Below the pieces are notes generated by a model. It was not told the origin of the DNA. It did not search any database and saw only the letters and a program-made list of their open reading frames with translations. 64,000 nt of DNA from Mobula hypostoma (Eukaryota): positions 116,066,001-116,130,000 of the forward strand of contig NC_086108.1 of NCBI RefSeq assembly GCF_963921235.1, written 5' to 3'. Below are positions 1 through 11,340 of the stretch, piece after piece; within the stretch, counting starts at the first letter, position 1; every line of letters starts with the position of its first letter. Position numbers and translations under genes: made by a program.

Positions 1-149
1 TGCACCCATGAATGGTTTCAGCTGTTACACAGCTGAGTGAAGGGCAGCATCTTGAGCACCATTCATATACATCAAGATCTAGGGCTGCATAAAATCACAG
101 TTAAATTGCTTCGGCCTGACCTGTTCCATGCTGACCAAAGAGCGTTCAT

Positions 150-830
150 GAGCAAAGGGGGTTGAGAGGTGACTTGGTTGAGGTGTACAAGATTATACGA
201 GACAGAGATTGAGTGAACAGCCTGAGACTTTTCTCAAGGCAGAAAAGGCTAATTGTTCCCCCCCTCACCTTAAACCTGTGCCCTCCAGTTTCAGACTCCC
301 CCTACCCTAGGGGAAAGGCTGTGACTATTCACCTTATCTATGCCCTTCAATATTTTATAAACTGTTAGGTCATCCTTCAGCCGTGTTCACTGAAAGGAAA
401 GCAGTCAGTTAATGAAGTTGGTCTGTAACCCCTGGAGTTCAGTCGAATAAAGGTGACCTTATTGAAGCATCTCAGACCTTGAGGGCACATGGCAGGAGAG
501 GTGTGGAGCTGCTGTCACCACAGTCTCGAACAGGGGGAGACAATTACAGGATTAAGGGGTGGACATTTGAAACTGAGGTGTGCAGGGAGTTCTCACAGAG
601 GGAGCTGATTCGCTGGAATTCTTCACTGCAGAAGGTGTGGAGACGATCGCTGGGTGGGATGTGAAAGAGAAGGGAGAGAAATGACATCAGATCAAGTGAT
701 TGAGAGTATTGGGGAAACTGACACAGAAGGGGAGATGAGGCCTGGGGCAGATTAGCCACGACCACATTGACTGGTGGGATAGTCTAGAGGGACCGAGTGG
801 TCTCTGCCTCTCCTGTGTCTCTGTATTCTT
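150..830. mobile_element. Decayed CR1/L2-type LINE 3' fragments in mixed orientation
   Basis: Remnants of the RGDLIEVYKI motif (gagaggtgacttggttgaggtgtacaagatt) on +, an inverted piece at about 255-410 and a further + 3' end at about 430-830. Boundaries approximate. Confidence 0.6.
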
Positions 831-1203
831 AATGTTCTTTACTACAAGATCTTCTTGTTCCACCATTTATACTTTACCTATAGGTTAAGTGTCCTGTATT
901 ATTTGATTCCAACCTTGGTCACTTTGCAGTCATGTCTCTGTAATAGCTATTAGATTACACCCATTCATTTCCTTTTTTCCTATTAATTCATCTGTCTCGT
1001 TACTAATGCTGTGTGCATACAGATAGCCTTCAGTTGTGCCGATCTGTGTACGCTTTCCCCTGCCTGACGCTCAGGTGAATATTTTGCCCTACAGCAGCCC
1101 CTCAGGGATTTCCCCTCAACACATTCACAACTGAGGGTCAAACTGCAGGATAATTCATTATCAAAAGTTCAAAGTACTTTTATTATCATCAAAATATGTA
1201 GAA

Positions 1204-1259
1204 TACTGTGCAAAAGCATTAAGCACATATATATAGTGAGTGTGCCTAAGACTGCAGTA
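1204..1259. mobile_element. Short hairpin/MITE-like element, degenerate
   Basis: Imperfect inverted arms tactgtgcaaaagcattaagcaca ... tgtgcctaagactgcagta around a TATATA core. A similar degenerate copy lies at about 1625-1680. Confidence 0.45.
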
Positions 1260-1699
1260 ATTTTATGTATTACACTGTACTGCTGCCACAAAAAAACAAA
1301 TTTCATGGCATACAGTGCGTGAGTGATGATAAACCTGATTCAGATCTGGGTCTCTTTTGTGGACTGAGAGTGGGAAGGGGCAGGGAGAGGGGAATCATGG
1401 TTGGGAAAAGGGGAAGGGAGAGGAGAGGACTGGAAGCACTAATTGTTTGGGATCAAATGACCTTGCCTGGTGCCTCAGGGCCGGGTGTGTCTGCCCCCCA
1501 CCCCTGGCACTCCTCCTCTGCCACCTGTCCCGCACCCCTCCTGCAGCACTCCACCCTCGGCAATCCCAACATCCTCTGCTCTTGCCAGATTTGAAGACTT
1601 GCTCTTTGCTCCAGGTTGACAAATACAGTACAGTGCTAAAGTGTCAGACACCCTAGTTATACATATGTGCCCTAGGCCTTCTCACCATATCCGACTCTG

Positions 1700-2130
1700 A
1701 GACTCTCCCGGCAGGCATTCGTAGTCGATACAAAGAAATATAGTAGAGTCAATGAAAAGCTACACACAAATAAAACAGGCCAGCAACCAATTTGCATTAG
1801 AAGACAAACTGTTCAAAAACAAAAATAACTAATAAATAATACGGAGATCATGAGCTGCACAATCTGTGAGAGTCAGTCCATGGGTTGTGGAACCTGTTGA
1901 GTGCTGAGGTGAGTGAAGGACTCTGGTGGTTGAGGGGTAATAACTGTTCCTAAACCTGATGATGTGGGACCGAAGGCTCCTGGGCCTCCTTCCTGATGGC
2001 AACAGTGAGAAGGGAACTTGGTCTGGATGGCGGGGGTCTCTGATGATGGATGCTGCTTTCTTGTGACAGTGCTACTTGTAGATGTGCTCAGTACTAGCAG
2101 GGCTTTACCTGTGATGGACTGGGCTGTATT
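1700..2130 (-). mobile_element. Rex1/Babar-type LINE 3' fragment
   Basis: The minus strand at about 1935-2015 translates to FSLLPSGRRPRSLRSHIIRFRNSYYP, matching the C-terminus of the Rex1 copy at 20510-20740 (FIPLPSGRRLRSLKTHTARFGNSFFP). Confidence 0.65.
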
Positions 2131-2309
2131 CAAACATCAGGATCATAACCAAAACTCTCCTCTTCCTGGTTCCATATGCCATGGGAGGTTGGCATTGGAC
2201 TCAGAGAGCGTACCAGCTCACATTCTCCCACTGATCATCACAGTAACCAGTTCTCCACAGGTTTCCACCCATTCAAGCTCTGACCTACACCAGCAGCAAC
2301 TTCCAACAA

Positions 2310-2460
2310 CCAATTAACACATTGAACTTCCCCGAGCAACCCACACACAGTAGGCGTGCTGGGGGGAGCTGGGGCACCTAGAGGAAAGCCCACAGTCACG
2401 GCAGAATGTGCAGCCTCTGCACAGTCAGTCCCAGAGGTTGGGATTGAACCTGTGTCTCTT
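2310..2460 (-). mobile_element. tRNA-derived SINE (HE1/V-SINE-like), partial
   Basis: gggattgaacc is the reverse complement of a B-box-like ggttcaatccc, next to the SINE core gaaagcccacagtcacggcagaatgtgcagcctc seen in other copies in the window. Confidence 0.55.
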
Positions 2461-2519
2461 CACTTCACATTCCCAAGGGAGAATGCACTTGCCATTGAGA
2501 CTGAGCAGTAAAATGCTCA

Positions 2520-3320
2520 CGAATATTGAAGGGCCTTGATAGAGTGCATGTGAAGAGGATGTTCCAGGAATGAAGGGGTTAACATATGAGGAATGTTTGG
2601 CAGTACTCACTGGAATTTAGAAGAATGAGGGGGGATCTCATTGAAACATACCAAATGTTGAAAGGACTAGATAGGGTGGATGTGGAGAGCATGTTTCCTC
2701 TAGTAGGGGTATTCAGAACTAGAGGGCACAGCCTCAAAATTGAGGGGCAACCTTTTAGAACAGAGGTACGGGGAAGTTTTTTAGCCAGAGCGTAGTAAAT
2801 CTGTAGAATGCTCTACCACAGACTGCGGTGGAGGCCAAGTCTGTGCATATATTTAAGGCGGAAGTTGATCGTTTCCTAATCGGTCAGGGCATCAAAGGAT
2901 ATGGCGAGAAGGCAGGTGTATGGGGTTGAGTGGGATCCTGAATCAGCCATGATGGATTGGTGGAGTAGACTCGATGGGCTGAATGGCCTAATTCCATTCC
3001 TATGTCTTATGGTCTTATAGTTTCCTATAGTGGGGGAGTCTAATACCAGAGGGCATAATCTTGGAATAGAGGGGTGTCCTTTTAGAACAGAGATGAGGAG
3101 GAATTTCTTTAGCCAGAGGGTGGTGAATCTGTGGAATTCATTGCCACAGACAGCTGTGGAGGGAATCATTGGGTATATTTAATGCAGAGGTTGGTAGAAT
3201 CTTGATTAGTCAGGGCATGAAGGGATACAGGGAGAAGGCAGGAGATTGGGGCTGAGAGGGAAAATGGATCAGTCATGATGGGTCAAATGGCCTAATTCTG
3301 CTCCTATATCTCATGGTCTT
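2520..3320 (+). mobile_element. Two tandem CR1-type LINE 3' ends
   Basis: ORF 2586-2795 (SLEFRRMRGDLIETYQMLKGLDRVDVESMFP) is a CR1 ORF2 C-terminus. Its 3' UTR ends in tcttatggtcttat at about 3005-3018, directly followed by a second 3' end finishing near 3320. Confidence 0.8.
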
Positions 3321-3384
3321 ACAAAATTTCACTACAATGCTATCACAGCATCTTCTGAGAAGAGAATAGTTTGGGGAAGAGGCC

Positions 3385-3545
3385 CAGTGGGTAGAGCTGC
3401 TGCCTTGTGGCCCTCAATCCTGCCCTCCAGCATGGCCTGGGTGGAGTCTGTATCTTCTCCCTGTGACTGTATGAGATCTGGTTTCCTCCTGCATCCCAAA
3501 GACGTGCAGGTCACTGGTAACCGGCCACTGTAACTTGTCCTCAGT
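3385..3545 (+). mobile_element. tRNA-derived SINE (HE1/V-SINE-like)
   Basis: A-box-like head cagtgggtagagctgctgcc and core gtggagtctgtatcttctccctgtgactg...ggtttcctcctgcatcccaaagacgtgcagg. Confidence 0.6.
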
Positions 3546-3831
3546 GTGCAGGTGAGTGGTGAAATCTCACAGGGTGAGATGGGGTCAGTGGTAACTGGCC
3601 TCAGTGTGCGGGTGAGTGGTGAAATCTCACAGGGTGAGATGGGGTCAGTGGTAACTGGCCTCAGTGTGCGGGTGAGTGGTGAAATCTCACAGGGTGAGAT
3701 GGGGTCAGTGGTAACTGGCCTCAGTGTGCGGGTGAGTGGTGAAATCTCACAGGGTGAGATGGGGTCAGTGGTAACTGGCCTCAGTGTGCGGGTGAGTGGT
3801 GAAATCTCACATGGTGAGATGGGGTCAGTGG
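3541..3831. repeat. 60-bp minisatellite, about 5 near-identical copies
   Basis: Unit tcagtgtgcgggtgagtggtgaaatctcacagggtgagatggggtcagtggtaactggcc starts at 3541, 3601, 3661, 3721 and 3781. It explains ORF 3546-3836. Confidence 0.97.
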
Positions 3832-5074
3832 GTTAATTGCCCCCATTGCATGGAGTGAAGGACAGAATGTCACTGCAGATTACTGGAAAATGGGATTGTT
3901 GTGTATGCTGAAAGGTCCAGAATTGTCTCGATGGGCTGAATGTGCGTTCCTTTGGAAAGCTGAGATCTGTGAAGAGAGACTGACTGTGATGAGCTTCTAT
4001 GCAATAGTATTTGAGCAAGATCTCAGTGAAGTTACAGAGTTTGGCAGAGAAAATGCCAGGTACTATTCCCCTTGGCTGAGGGAGCTCAGTGACAAGATGA
4101 AGAGAGGGAAATGTCTTAGAGGCACATGGACGATAGAAAAACGTAGGGTTTTGTGGAAGGGAAGGGTAAGATTGATATTAGAGCAGATTGAAGGGCCAGC
4201 ATGACATCATGGACCAAGGGGCCTGCGCATTGCTGTAATGCTCTCTGTTATATTTTTGGAGGTGGTGATTCTTTGGATTTGTCTGACCTGGGTAGTTGTG
4301 GAAGATCTGGAAGGAACTGCCGGAAATATAGGAGAGTGAAGACTGAATGGGCCGAAAGTCCTGTGTCCGTGTTGTCTGTCTGTATGACTAATCTGAATGG
4401 GTGTCTGATGGTTAGCACAGACTCTGTGGGCCGAAGGGCCTGTATCCACAGAGTTCCTTGGTTACCCGATGAAATGAATGATCCCCTCTAACCTGTGTGA
4501 AATGGTCACTGTGATAAATGGTTATCCCCTGCAGTTACTAACGCATTGGGCACCCTTTCAAAGGAGCAGTGGAGAAAGACGCTGCCTCACGTTTATTTTT
4601 GTTCTCCCCACTGGTAATTAACATATCAGTTGTCCTTTTTGGTTTCAGTGGATCCGAGGTAAAATGAATTACAATCGATGTCACTGCAGGAGAGTGAATT
4701 GTTTGCAGACTCAGAGAGCAACACGACTGCAATACATTCATGCAGCCTGAGCAATGATTACTAATATACACCTTCTCTGTGGGTGCAGGGGGACTTCAGC
4801 AGAGTCTGAAACAATGAAAAGAGAGAAATCAGAGTGCCAGTAGACCACTCGGCCCCTCTGCCCTGACCTGCCCTTGGACAATATCATGGCTGATCCTCCC
4901 CTTCAGCACCATTCCCCCTGTCCCCTTGATGTCCTTGATCTCTTCTTGAACTAATCCAATAACTGAACCCATCGAGTCCTTGCTGACCATTAACGACACC
5001 AATCCTACATTGATCCCTGCAATCACATCAGCTCCCCCCAGATTCCACCCCTCACCCACACACTTACTCGATTA

Positions 5075-5312
5075 AGCCCATCACTGTACTGGGGTGTAGG
5101 CTGCCAACAGCAGCTTGCCACAGTCCTGTTTGGGGCCAGACTTTCAGGTTGTTCCCCAGGTGTAGCCCGTCAAAGGTAACTTTTTCTCCTGGGGATGAGG
5201 TGTTGCGAACTCCTGTTAGTGTTTCTGTAGCTCTGGGTTTTTATGGGATGGAATTGCTAGCCTCATGCCCAACCCTCCTCATTTTGCAGCCGGGCTTGGG
5301 ACTGTCCATGGT
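5075..5312 (-). mobile_element. RTE-type LINE 5'UTR-derived fragment
   Basis: The minus strand reads gtcccaagcccggctgcaaaatgaggagggttgggcatgaggctagcaattccatcccataaaaa, resembling a motif I recall from RTE 5' UTRs. Confidence 0.4.
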
Positions 5313-5339
5313 TCAATTGTGGACAACTTTCAGCGGCCA

Positions 5340-5510
5340 GTTAACCCTTCTGAACCATGCATCTTTGGGATGAAGGAGGGAAATGGAGCACTCAGAGGAA
5401 AGCAAGCGATCACAGAAAGAATGTGCAAACTCCACACAGACAGTGCTAGAGTTGGGGGTTAAATCTGGTGGTCTGCAGCCATGAGGCAGCTATAATACCT
5501 ACTGTGTCAC
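5340..5510 (-). mobile_element. HE1/V-SINE-like SINE, partial
   Basis: tttgggatg...cacagaaagaatgtgcaaactccacacagacag is the reverse complement of the SINE core. Confidence 0.55.
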
Positions 5511-6371
5511 AAGGCCACTCAATGTTTTTTGTGGCATCTTCCTGATTACAGTTTGACTTCTGTACTTCCCAAATTCCAGTTCCAACAGCAAAGTCTGTTA
5601 ATGACTGTACAGAGACCCCTCTGCAACTTGTGTGTATATCAGAGGGTTAAATAGTCCCAGGAAACCCGCCTAACCCGCTGGGGGAATCAATAAATCAGCA
5701 CCCAGAGTGAAGGATAAAATTGTGCCATAGCGACACTGGGGAAGAGTTGCCGGTGTTGTTCGTGTTTAATAATTGATTGTGATCGCCAGTGGATGTGGAA
5801 TATATAAAGCTGATGCTAATGTCACCGTATAAACTGCCTCTTCATTCCAATGTGTGGGGAATTAATGCCGTGTGTGAGAGAATCTTTAATCACTCTGCAA
5901 GTCATAAATATTTAACACCCAAACCTCAGCGTTCACTTTAACAGACGGTGGAGAACAAATGGTTTTGTGCAGGTTCTCACAATGAGCCGAGTGTTGATGA
6001 ATCTGGCGCTGGAGGCAGACTGGGTCTGGGTCTCGTGTACCATCCTGAGCACCAGTGGCTGTGGGATGTGGGGGTGGGGGGGGTCACTGTGCTGACAGGG
6101 GGGACCACTGGCCATCCTGTGTGAGGTCCAGGAAGCACAGACCACTGGGATCCCTTGTGCTGTTCCTGGGTCTCGGGGAGTGAGACCCATTTTCTGAAGG
6201 ACCAGAGGCTGGAGGTGGGATGATGTGTGGTGTTTTGGAAGTGACAGGGAGGGAGGGTGGGGGGCGAGAAAAATGAATCCCCCACACTGGGAGCTGCCAC
6301 TGACAGAAACTGACTGATCAGCGTGCACACACACACAAATATAAACACATACATACACACACACACACACA

Positions 6372-7270
6372 ATATTTTGCAGATAATACAAAGACTGGTG
6401 GAGGGGCAGGTAGTGTTGAGGAAACAGGTAGACTGCAGAAGGACTTAGACAGATTGGGAGACTGGGCAAGGAAGTAGCAAATGAAATACAATGTTGGAAA
6501 ATGCATGGTCATGCACTTTGGTAGAAGAAATAAATGTGCAGACAATTTTCCAAAAGGGAGAAAACCCAAAAATCTGAGATTCAAAGGGACCTGGGAGTCC
6601 TTGTGCCGAACACTCTAAAGGTTAACTTGCAGGTTGAGTCGATGATGAGGAAGGCAAATGCCATGTTAACATTCATTTCAAGAGATCTGGAATACAAGAG
6701 CAGGGATGTGATGCTGAGGATATACCACGCACTGGTGAGGCCTCACCGTGAGTACTGTGAACAGTTTTGGGCTCTTCATCTCAGGAAGGATGTCCTGGCA
6801 TTGGAGAGGGTCCAGAGGAGGTTCACAAGGATGATTCTGGGAAAAAATGGGTTATCATATGAGGAACATTTGATGGCTCTGGAATTCTGAAGGATGAGGG
6901 GAAGATCTCAATGAATCCTTTAAATGTTGAAAGACCAAGACAGAGTCGATGTGGAAAGGATGTTTCACTTGGTGGGGGAGTCTAGGACAAGAGGACATAG
7001 CCTCAGGATAGAGAGATGTCCGTTTAAAACAGAGAAACAGAGAAATTTCTTTAACCAGAGGATGGTGAGTTTGTCAAATTTGTTACCACAGAAAGCTGTA
7101 GAGGCCAGGTCGTTGGGTGTATTTAAAGCAGAGATAGGTAGGATCTTGATTGGACACAGCCTCAAAGGTTACAGGGAGAAGGCTCGGGAGTGGGGATGAA
7201 GAGGGTGAAAAAGCATCAGCCGTGATCGAATGGCCTAATTCTGCTCCTATCAGGTGGTTTTATGGCCTAA
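6372..7270 (+). mobile_element. CR1-type LINE, 5'-truncated, RT C-terminal region decayed
   Basis: Begins near the FADDT-like motif (ttttgcagataatacaaag). ORFs 6534-6890 (RDLGVLV...LVRPHREYCEQFW...ERVQRRFTRMI) and 6924-7199 follow, and the 3' UTR ends near 7270. Confidence 0.88.
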
Positions 7271-7621
7271 TAAATACACACACATTTACACATGAGCACG
7301 TACATGCATGAACGAACACACATATGTACACACATGCTATCACATACATTTTTCACAACAATACTTTCATGAACAGATTCTAGTTAATGGGGACCTCATG
7401 GAATAAAACCAATCCCAGTACCTAAGAGTCCAGTCCTGGTAATAGATCAGCATCTAGCCCTGCTCAATGCAAAGGCAACAGTTTGAAATGAAGTGGAAGA
7501 ACATTTATCCCCATTGACTTTCCCTGGTGCAGAGAGCAAGAGGACTGCAGTCTCACAATATCTTTCATTCATTCAGTTATGGGCTTCTGAACTCCCAGCG
7601 TTGTTCAGTTCCCAGACCTGT

Positions 7622-8110
7622 GACAAACAACCTGCTGGAGGAACTTACCAGGCCGAGCAAGGGACAGAGTTGCCCTTCTGGTTCGACTGTAGGTCAGGAC
7701 CAATGGTGGGTGGGGGTAAGTAGAGAGGGGACAGCTAACTATAAAGAGAAGGGGGAGGAGTGAGACTGGGAGAGTGGGGCTGGTCAGTGACGGACTGAGG
7801 AAGGCTGACGGACAGCAGTAGGGGAGAGGGTGGGGATAGAGGGAGACAGGCTCAGATAGGTGATAAGTGGAGGTGGGAAGAAAAGGACAAATGGAGCTGG
7901 GTGGAGGGTGTGAAGCTGGAGAATGCTACAGGAGGGAGATACACATGAACACATACGCAAGCAGTACTGGACTCTGACAGGTAAGGAAGCTGGACCATTG
8001 GGGGAGACGTGAAGGACAGGTGGATCCAACAAGTGAAGTTGTTGATGGTAGGCAGATAGAATCAGGAGAGACATAGGGCAAAAATAGTAGATGGAAGTGG
8101 CTAGAAGGGG
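7622..8110. mobile_element. Penelope-like element (PLE) derived fragment
   Basis: Starts with acaacctgctggaggaacttaccaggccgagca, the same terminus as at about 27500, followed by a purine-rich tract. Confidence 0.4.
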
Positions 8111-8114
8111 ATTA

Positions 8115-8520
8115 GACCATAAAGCCATAAGACATAGTAGAATCAGGCCATTCGGTCCATCGTGTCTCTCTGCCATTCCATCGTGCTGACTTATTATCCC
8201 CCTCAACCCCATTCTCCTGCCTTCTATCCATAACCTTTGACACCCTGTCTAATCGAGAACTTATCAACCTCCGATTTGAATATACTCAGTGATTTGGTCT
8301 CCACAGCTGTCCGTGGCAATGAATTCCTCAGATTCATCCCTGTATGGTTAAAGAAATTCTCTTCATCTCTGTTCTAAAGGGATGTCCTTCTATTCTGAGG
8401 CTGTGCCCTGTGATCTAGACACACCCAATACAGGAACCATCCTCTCCAAAACCACTCTGTTTAGGCCTTTCAATTTTCAATGGTTTCAGTGACATTCCCC
8501 TTCCAAGATTCAGTGAGTAT
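8115..8520 (-). mobile_element. CR1-type LINE 3' end
   Basis: Reverse complement of the 3' ends at 2700-3320, with tail gaccataaagccataagacatag. Confidence 0.8.
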
Positions 8521-9079
8521 GGTATGAACTCCAGTGAGACTATAGGAAAGGGGACAGGAGTGGGAGGAGTGGAGTGGATCGGGAGGATGGATATGAGGCA
8601 CAAGGTTGTATCTGATGGTCCCCTTCATCAAGATCTAGAACTGCTCTCACGTTCCAGCTTGACAACATCCTGTCAAAGCCTCTATGGATTCTCATCAGTT
8701 CTCACACTTGCATCACCAACAAACGAGAGACCATTCAGCCCTGACTCCCTCCGCCAAATTGTCGATGAACATTGCGAATATTGGGGCTAAAGTCTCAGTT
8801 CCTGTTCAGCTCCACTCATTTTCCAATTCAGAGGATCCAACTTACTCCGCTCCTTTGATCACAATCCAAATCAGGTTTAATATTGCGATCATATGTCATG
8901 AAGTTTGTTGTTTCGCAACAGCAGTACATTAGAATACATAATAAAAACTATAAATTACGATAAGAAATACACACACACACACTCACATATATATATGTAT
9001 ATGTGTATATATATTAAATAGGTAGTACAAAAACTAGTGATGTGGCATATTATCAATTCAGAAATCTGATGGCAGTGGA

Positions 9080-10230
9080 GGACAAATTACAATGAGAGAT
9101 AGAAAAGTCATGTCATAAGGGAAATGTTATGATAGTCATGGGGGATTTCAATAAACAGGTAGATTGGGAAAACTAGGTTCTTGCTGGATCCCAGGAGAGG
9201 GAATTTGTAGAATGCCTACAAGATGGCATTTTAGAGCAGCTGGAGGTTGAACCCACTAGAGTAATGGTAATTGTAATTGTTATGATTTGATTAGGAAGCT
9301 TAAGGTAAAGGAATACTTAGGAGGCAGAGACCATGACATACATTTTGAATTCACCCTGCATTTTGAGAAGGAGAAGCTAAAATCAGATGAATTACAATTA
9401 CATTTGGAGTAAAGGGAATTACAGAGGCATGAGAGTGGGATTGGCCAAAGTTCATTGGAAGGGGCCACTAGCATGACAGCTGAATAACAATGGCTGGAAT
9501 TTTGGGGGACAATTTGGAAGGTGCAAGATCGATACATCCTGAAGATTAAATGTTCTAAAGGGAGGATCAGGCAACTGTGGCTGATAAGGGAAGTCAAAGA
9601 AGGAATTAGTGGGAAGCTTTTAAAAATCAACACAAAGCAACCAAAAAAAACATAAAGAGAGGAAAGATTAAGTATGAAGGTAAACTAGCCAGTAATATAA
9701 TAAGAATATAAAACACTTCCTTCAGATATATAAAGAGTAAAAGAGAGATGACAGTGGATATCAGCCTGCTGGAAGATGACTCCAGAGAGTAGTAATGGGG
9801 TCAAAGAAATGGCGGATGAAATTAATAAGGATTTTGCATTAGTCTTCACTGTGGAAGACACTAGCGGAATGCTAGAAATGCAAGCTTGTTCGGCAACAGA
9901 AGTAAGTGTCATTGCTATTACTAAAGAGAAGGTGTTTGGGAACTTTAAAAGCCTGAGATAGATAAGTCACCTGGACCAGATGGACTACACCCCAGGGTTC
10001 AGAAAAAGATAGCTGAAGAGATCGTGGAGGCATTAGTAAAGATCTTTCAAGAATTACTAGGTTCTGGAATGGTTCTGTAGGACTGGAAAATTGCAAATGT
10101 CACTCCACTCTTTAAGAAGACAGAGAGGCCGAAGAAAGGAGATCATCAGGCAGTTAGCCTGACTTCAGTGGCTGGACTATTATTAAGGATGAAGTTTTGG
10201 GGCACTTGGAGGCCAAAGTCAGCATGGTCT
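9080..10230 (+). mobile_element. CR1-type LINE ORF2 fragment (endonuclease to early RT), internally deleted
   Basis: Remnants of MGDFN (atgggggatttcaat), DH (gaccat), FALVFTVED, SPGPDGLHPRV and DWKIANVTPLFKK (gactggaaaattgcaaatgtcactccactctttaagaag), with many frameshifts. Confidence 0.8.
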
Positions 10231-10269
10231 TCACTGGGAATCAAGCATGTTTTCTCTGCTGAATCACTT

Positions 10270-10870
10270 CAAGTTCAAGTTCAGTTTACTGTAAATGAAC
10301 CATACACACGTAGAGTACACCCGCAATGAAACAATGTTCCTCTGGGGCCAAACCGCACAAAACAGTACTTGCAGTCATGATATAGTTACAACAGCACTTA
10401 CAGTCACAAAATAATATCAGCACAGGTCCCTGAAATCAAGTTCAAGTTTAGTTTATTGTCATTCAGCCATACCCACGTATACCCTCAAGTGAGGCAACAT
10501 TTTTCCGGACCAAGGTGCATAACCCAGTACATGTAGCTCACACACAATCACACACATGAATACCAACAAAATCATGTTCCTCCGGACCAAGAGGCACAAC
10601 ACATTACATATAACTCACAAACATAACACATAAAGTAATATTACCATAAATAAATTAGCAAACAATAATGTGCATTTACGACACAAGTTTAAAAGTGAAC
10701 AGTATAATGCTACTGGCAGTTCATACGTGATGGGACCTGGGTAGTGTCAGAGAGTTCAGTCGTCTCACAGCCTGGGGAAAAAGCTGTTTCCCATTCTAAC
10801 AGTTTTTGTCCTAGTGCTAAGGCACCTTCCGCCTGATGCTTGCATGGCCTGAAGATTGATGGTGCATGGG
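10270..10870 (-). mobile_element. Rex1-type 3' UTR/tail fragments, partly duplicated
   Basis: Repeated aagttcaagtt..tttattgtc tails at about 10270 and 10437, plus cctggggaaaaagctgtttccc, the reverse complement of a GNSFFP-coding segment. Confidence 0.5.
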
Positions 10871-11034
10871 AAGTTGTCCTGGAGTCTGCAAGAACAAGTC
10901 TGCAGCAATTCCTCACCTTATGTTGGGTCAGCCACATACGAACACAATCCAGCTTTTCTGGGGAGTGAACACGGGAGAACAGGGCTAACAGGAAAAACTT
11001 ATTTTGCAATCACATCCTTTATTCGGTAGAAAAA

Positions 11035-11340
11035 GTGGTGCAGTGGGTAGAGCCACTGTCTCCCAGCACTAGAGACTTAGGTTTGACTCTGCTGTCCGTG
11101 TGGAGTTTACATGTTCTTCCTGTGACTGTGTGGGTTTCCGAACACATCAGGACTAGTAAGTTAATTTGACTTTATAAAGTGAACCTGATGTATAACAGAA
11201 GAATCTGGATGCGGTGGGTTGTGGTAGAGAGAAATTGACTGGAGAGTGGAAAGAATGAATGGGTTAGGAATGGGATCATTATTTGATGGTACAAATGTAC
11301 TCGACGGGCTGAAGGGCCTGATTGCACCGACAGTTCTCTT
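11035..11340 (+). mobile_element. HE1/V-SINE-like SINE
   Basis: Head ggtgcagtgggtagagccactgtctc...ggtttgactc, core tgtggagtttacatgttcttcctgtgactg and LINE-like tail gggctgaagggcctg. Confidence 0.65.

Noticed and set aside
1023..1074. Possible 52-nt plus-strand exon (catacAG...CAG/GTGAAT)
   Set aside because: Weak pyrimidine tract next to the acceptor, no recognisable peptide and no supporting neighbouring exons.
3541..3831. CRISPR-like appearance of a palindromic 60-bp repeat
   Set aside because: The units are identical head to tail with no unique spacers, there are no cas genes, and the context is vertebrate.
11035..11110. tRNA gene suggested by A/B-box-like motifs
   Set aside because: No cloverleaf. 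It continues into SINE core and tail sequence, so it is a tRNA-derived SINE head.
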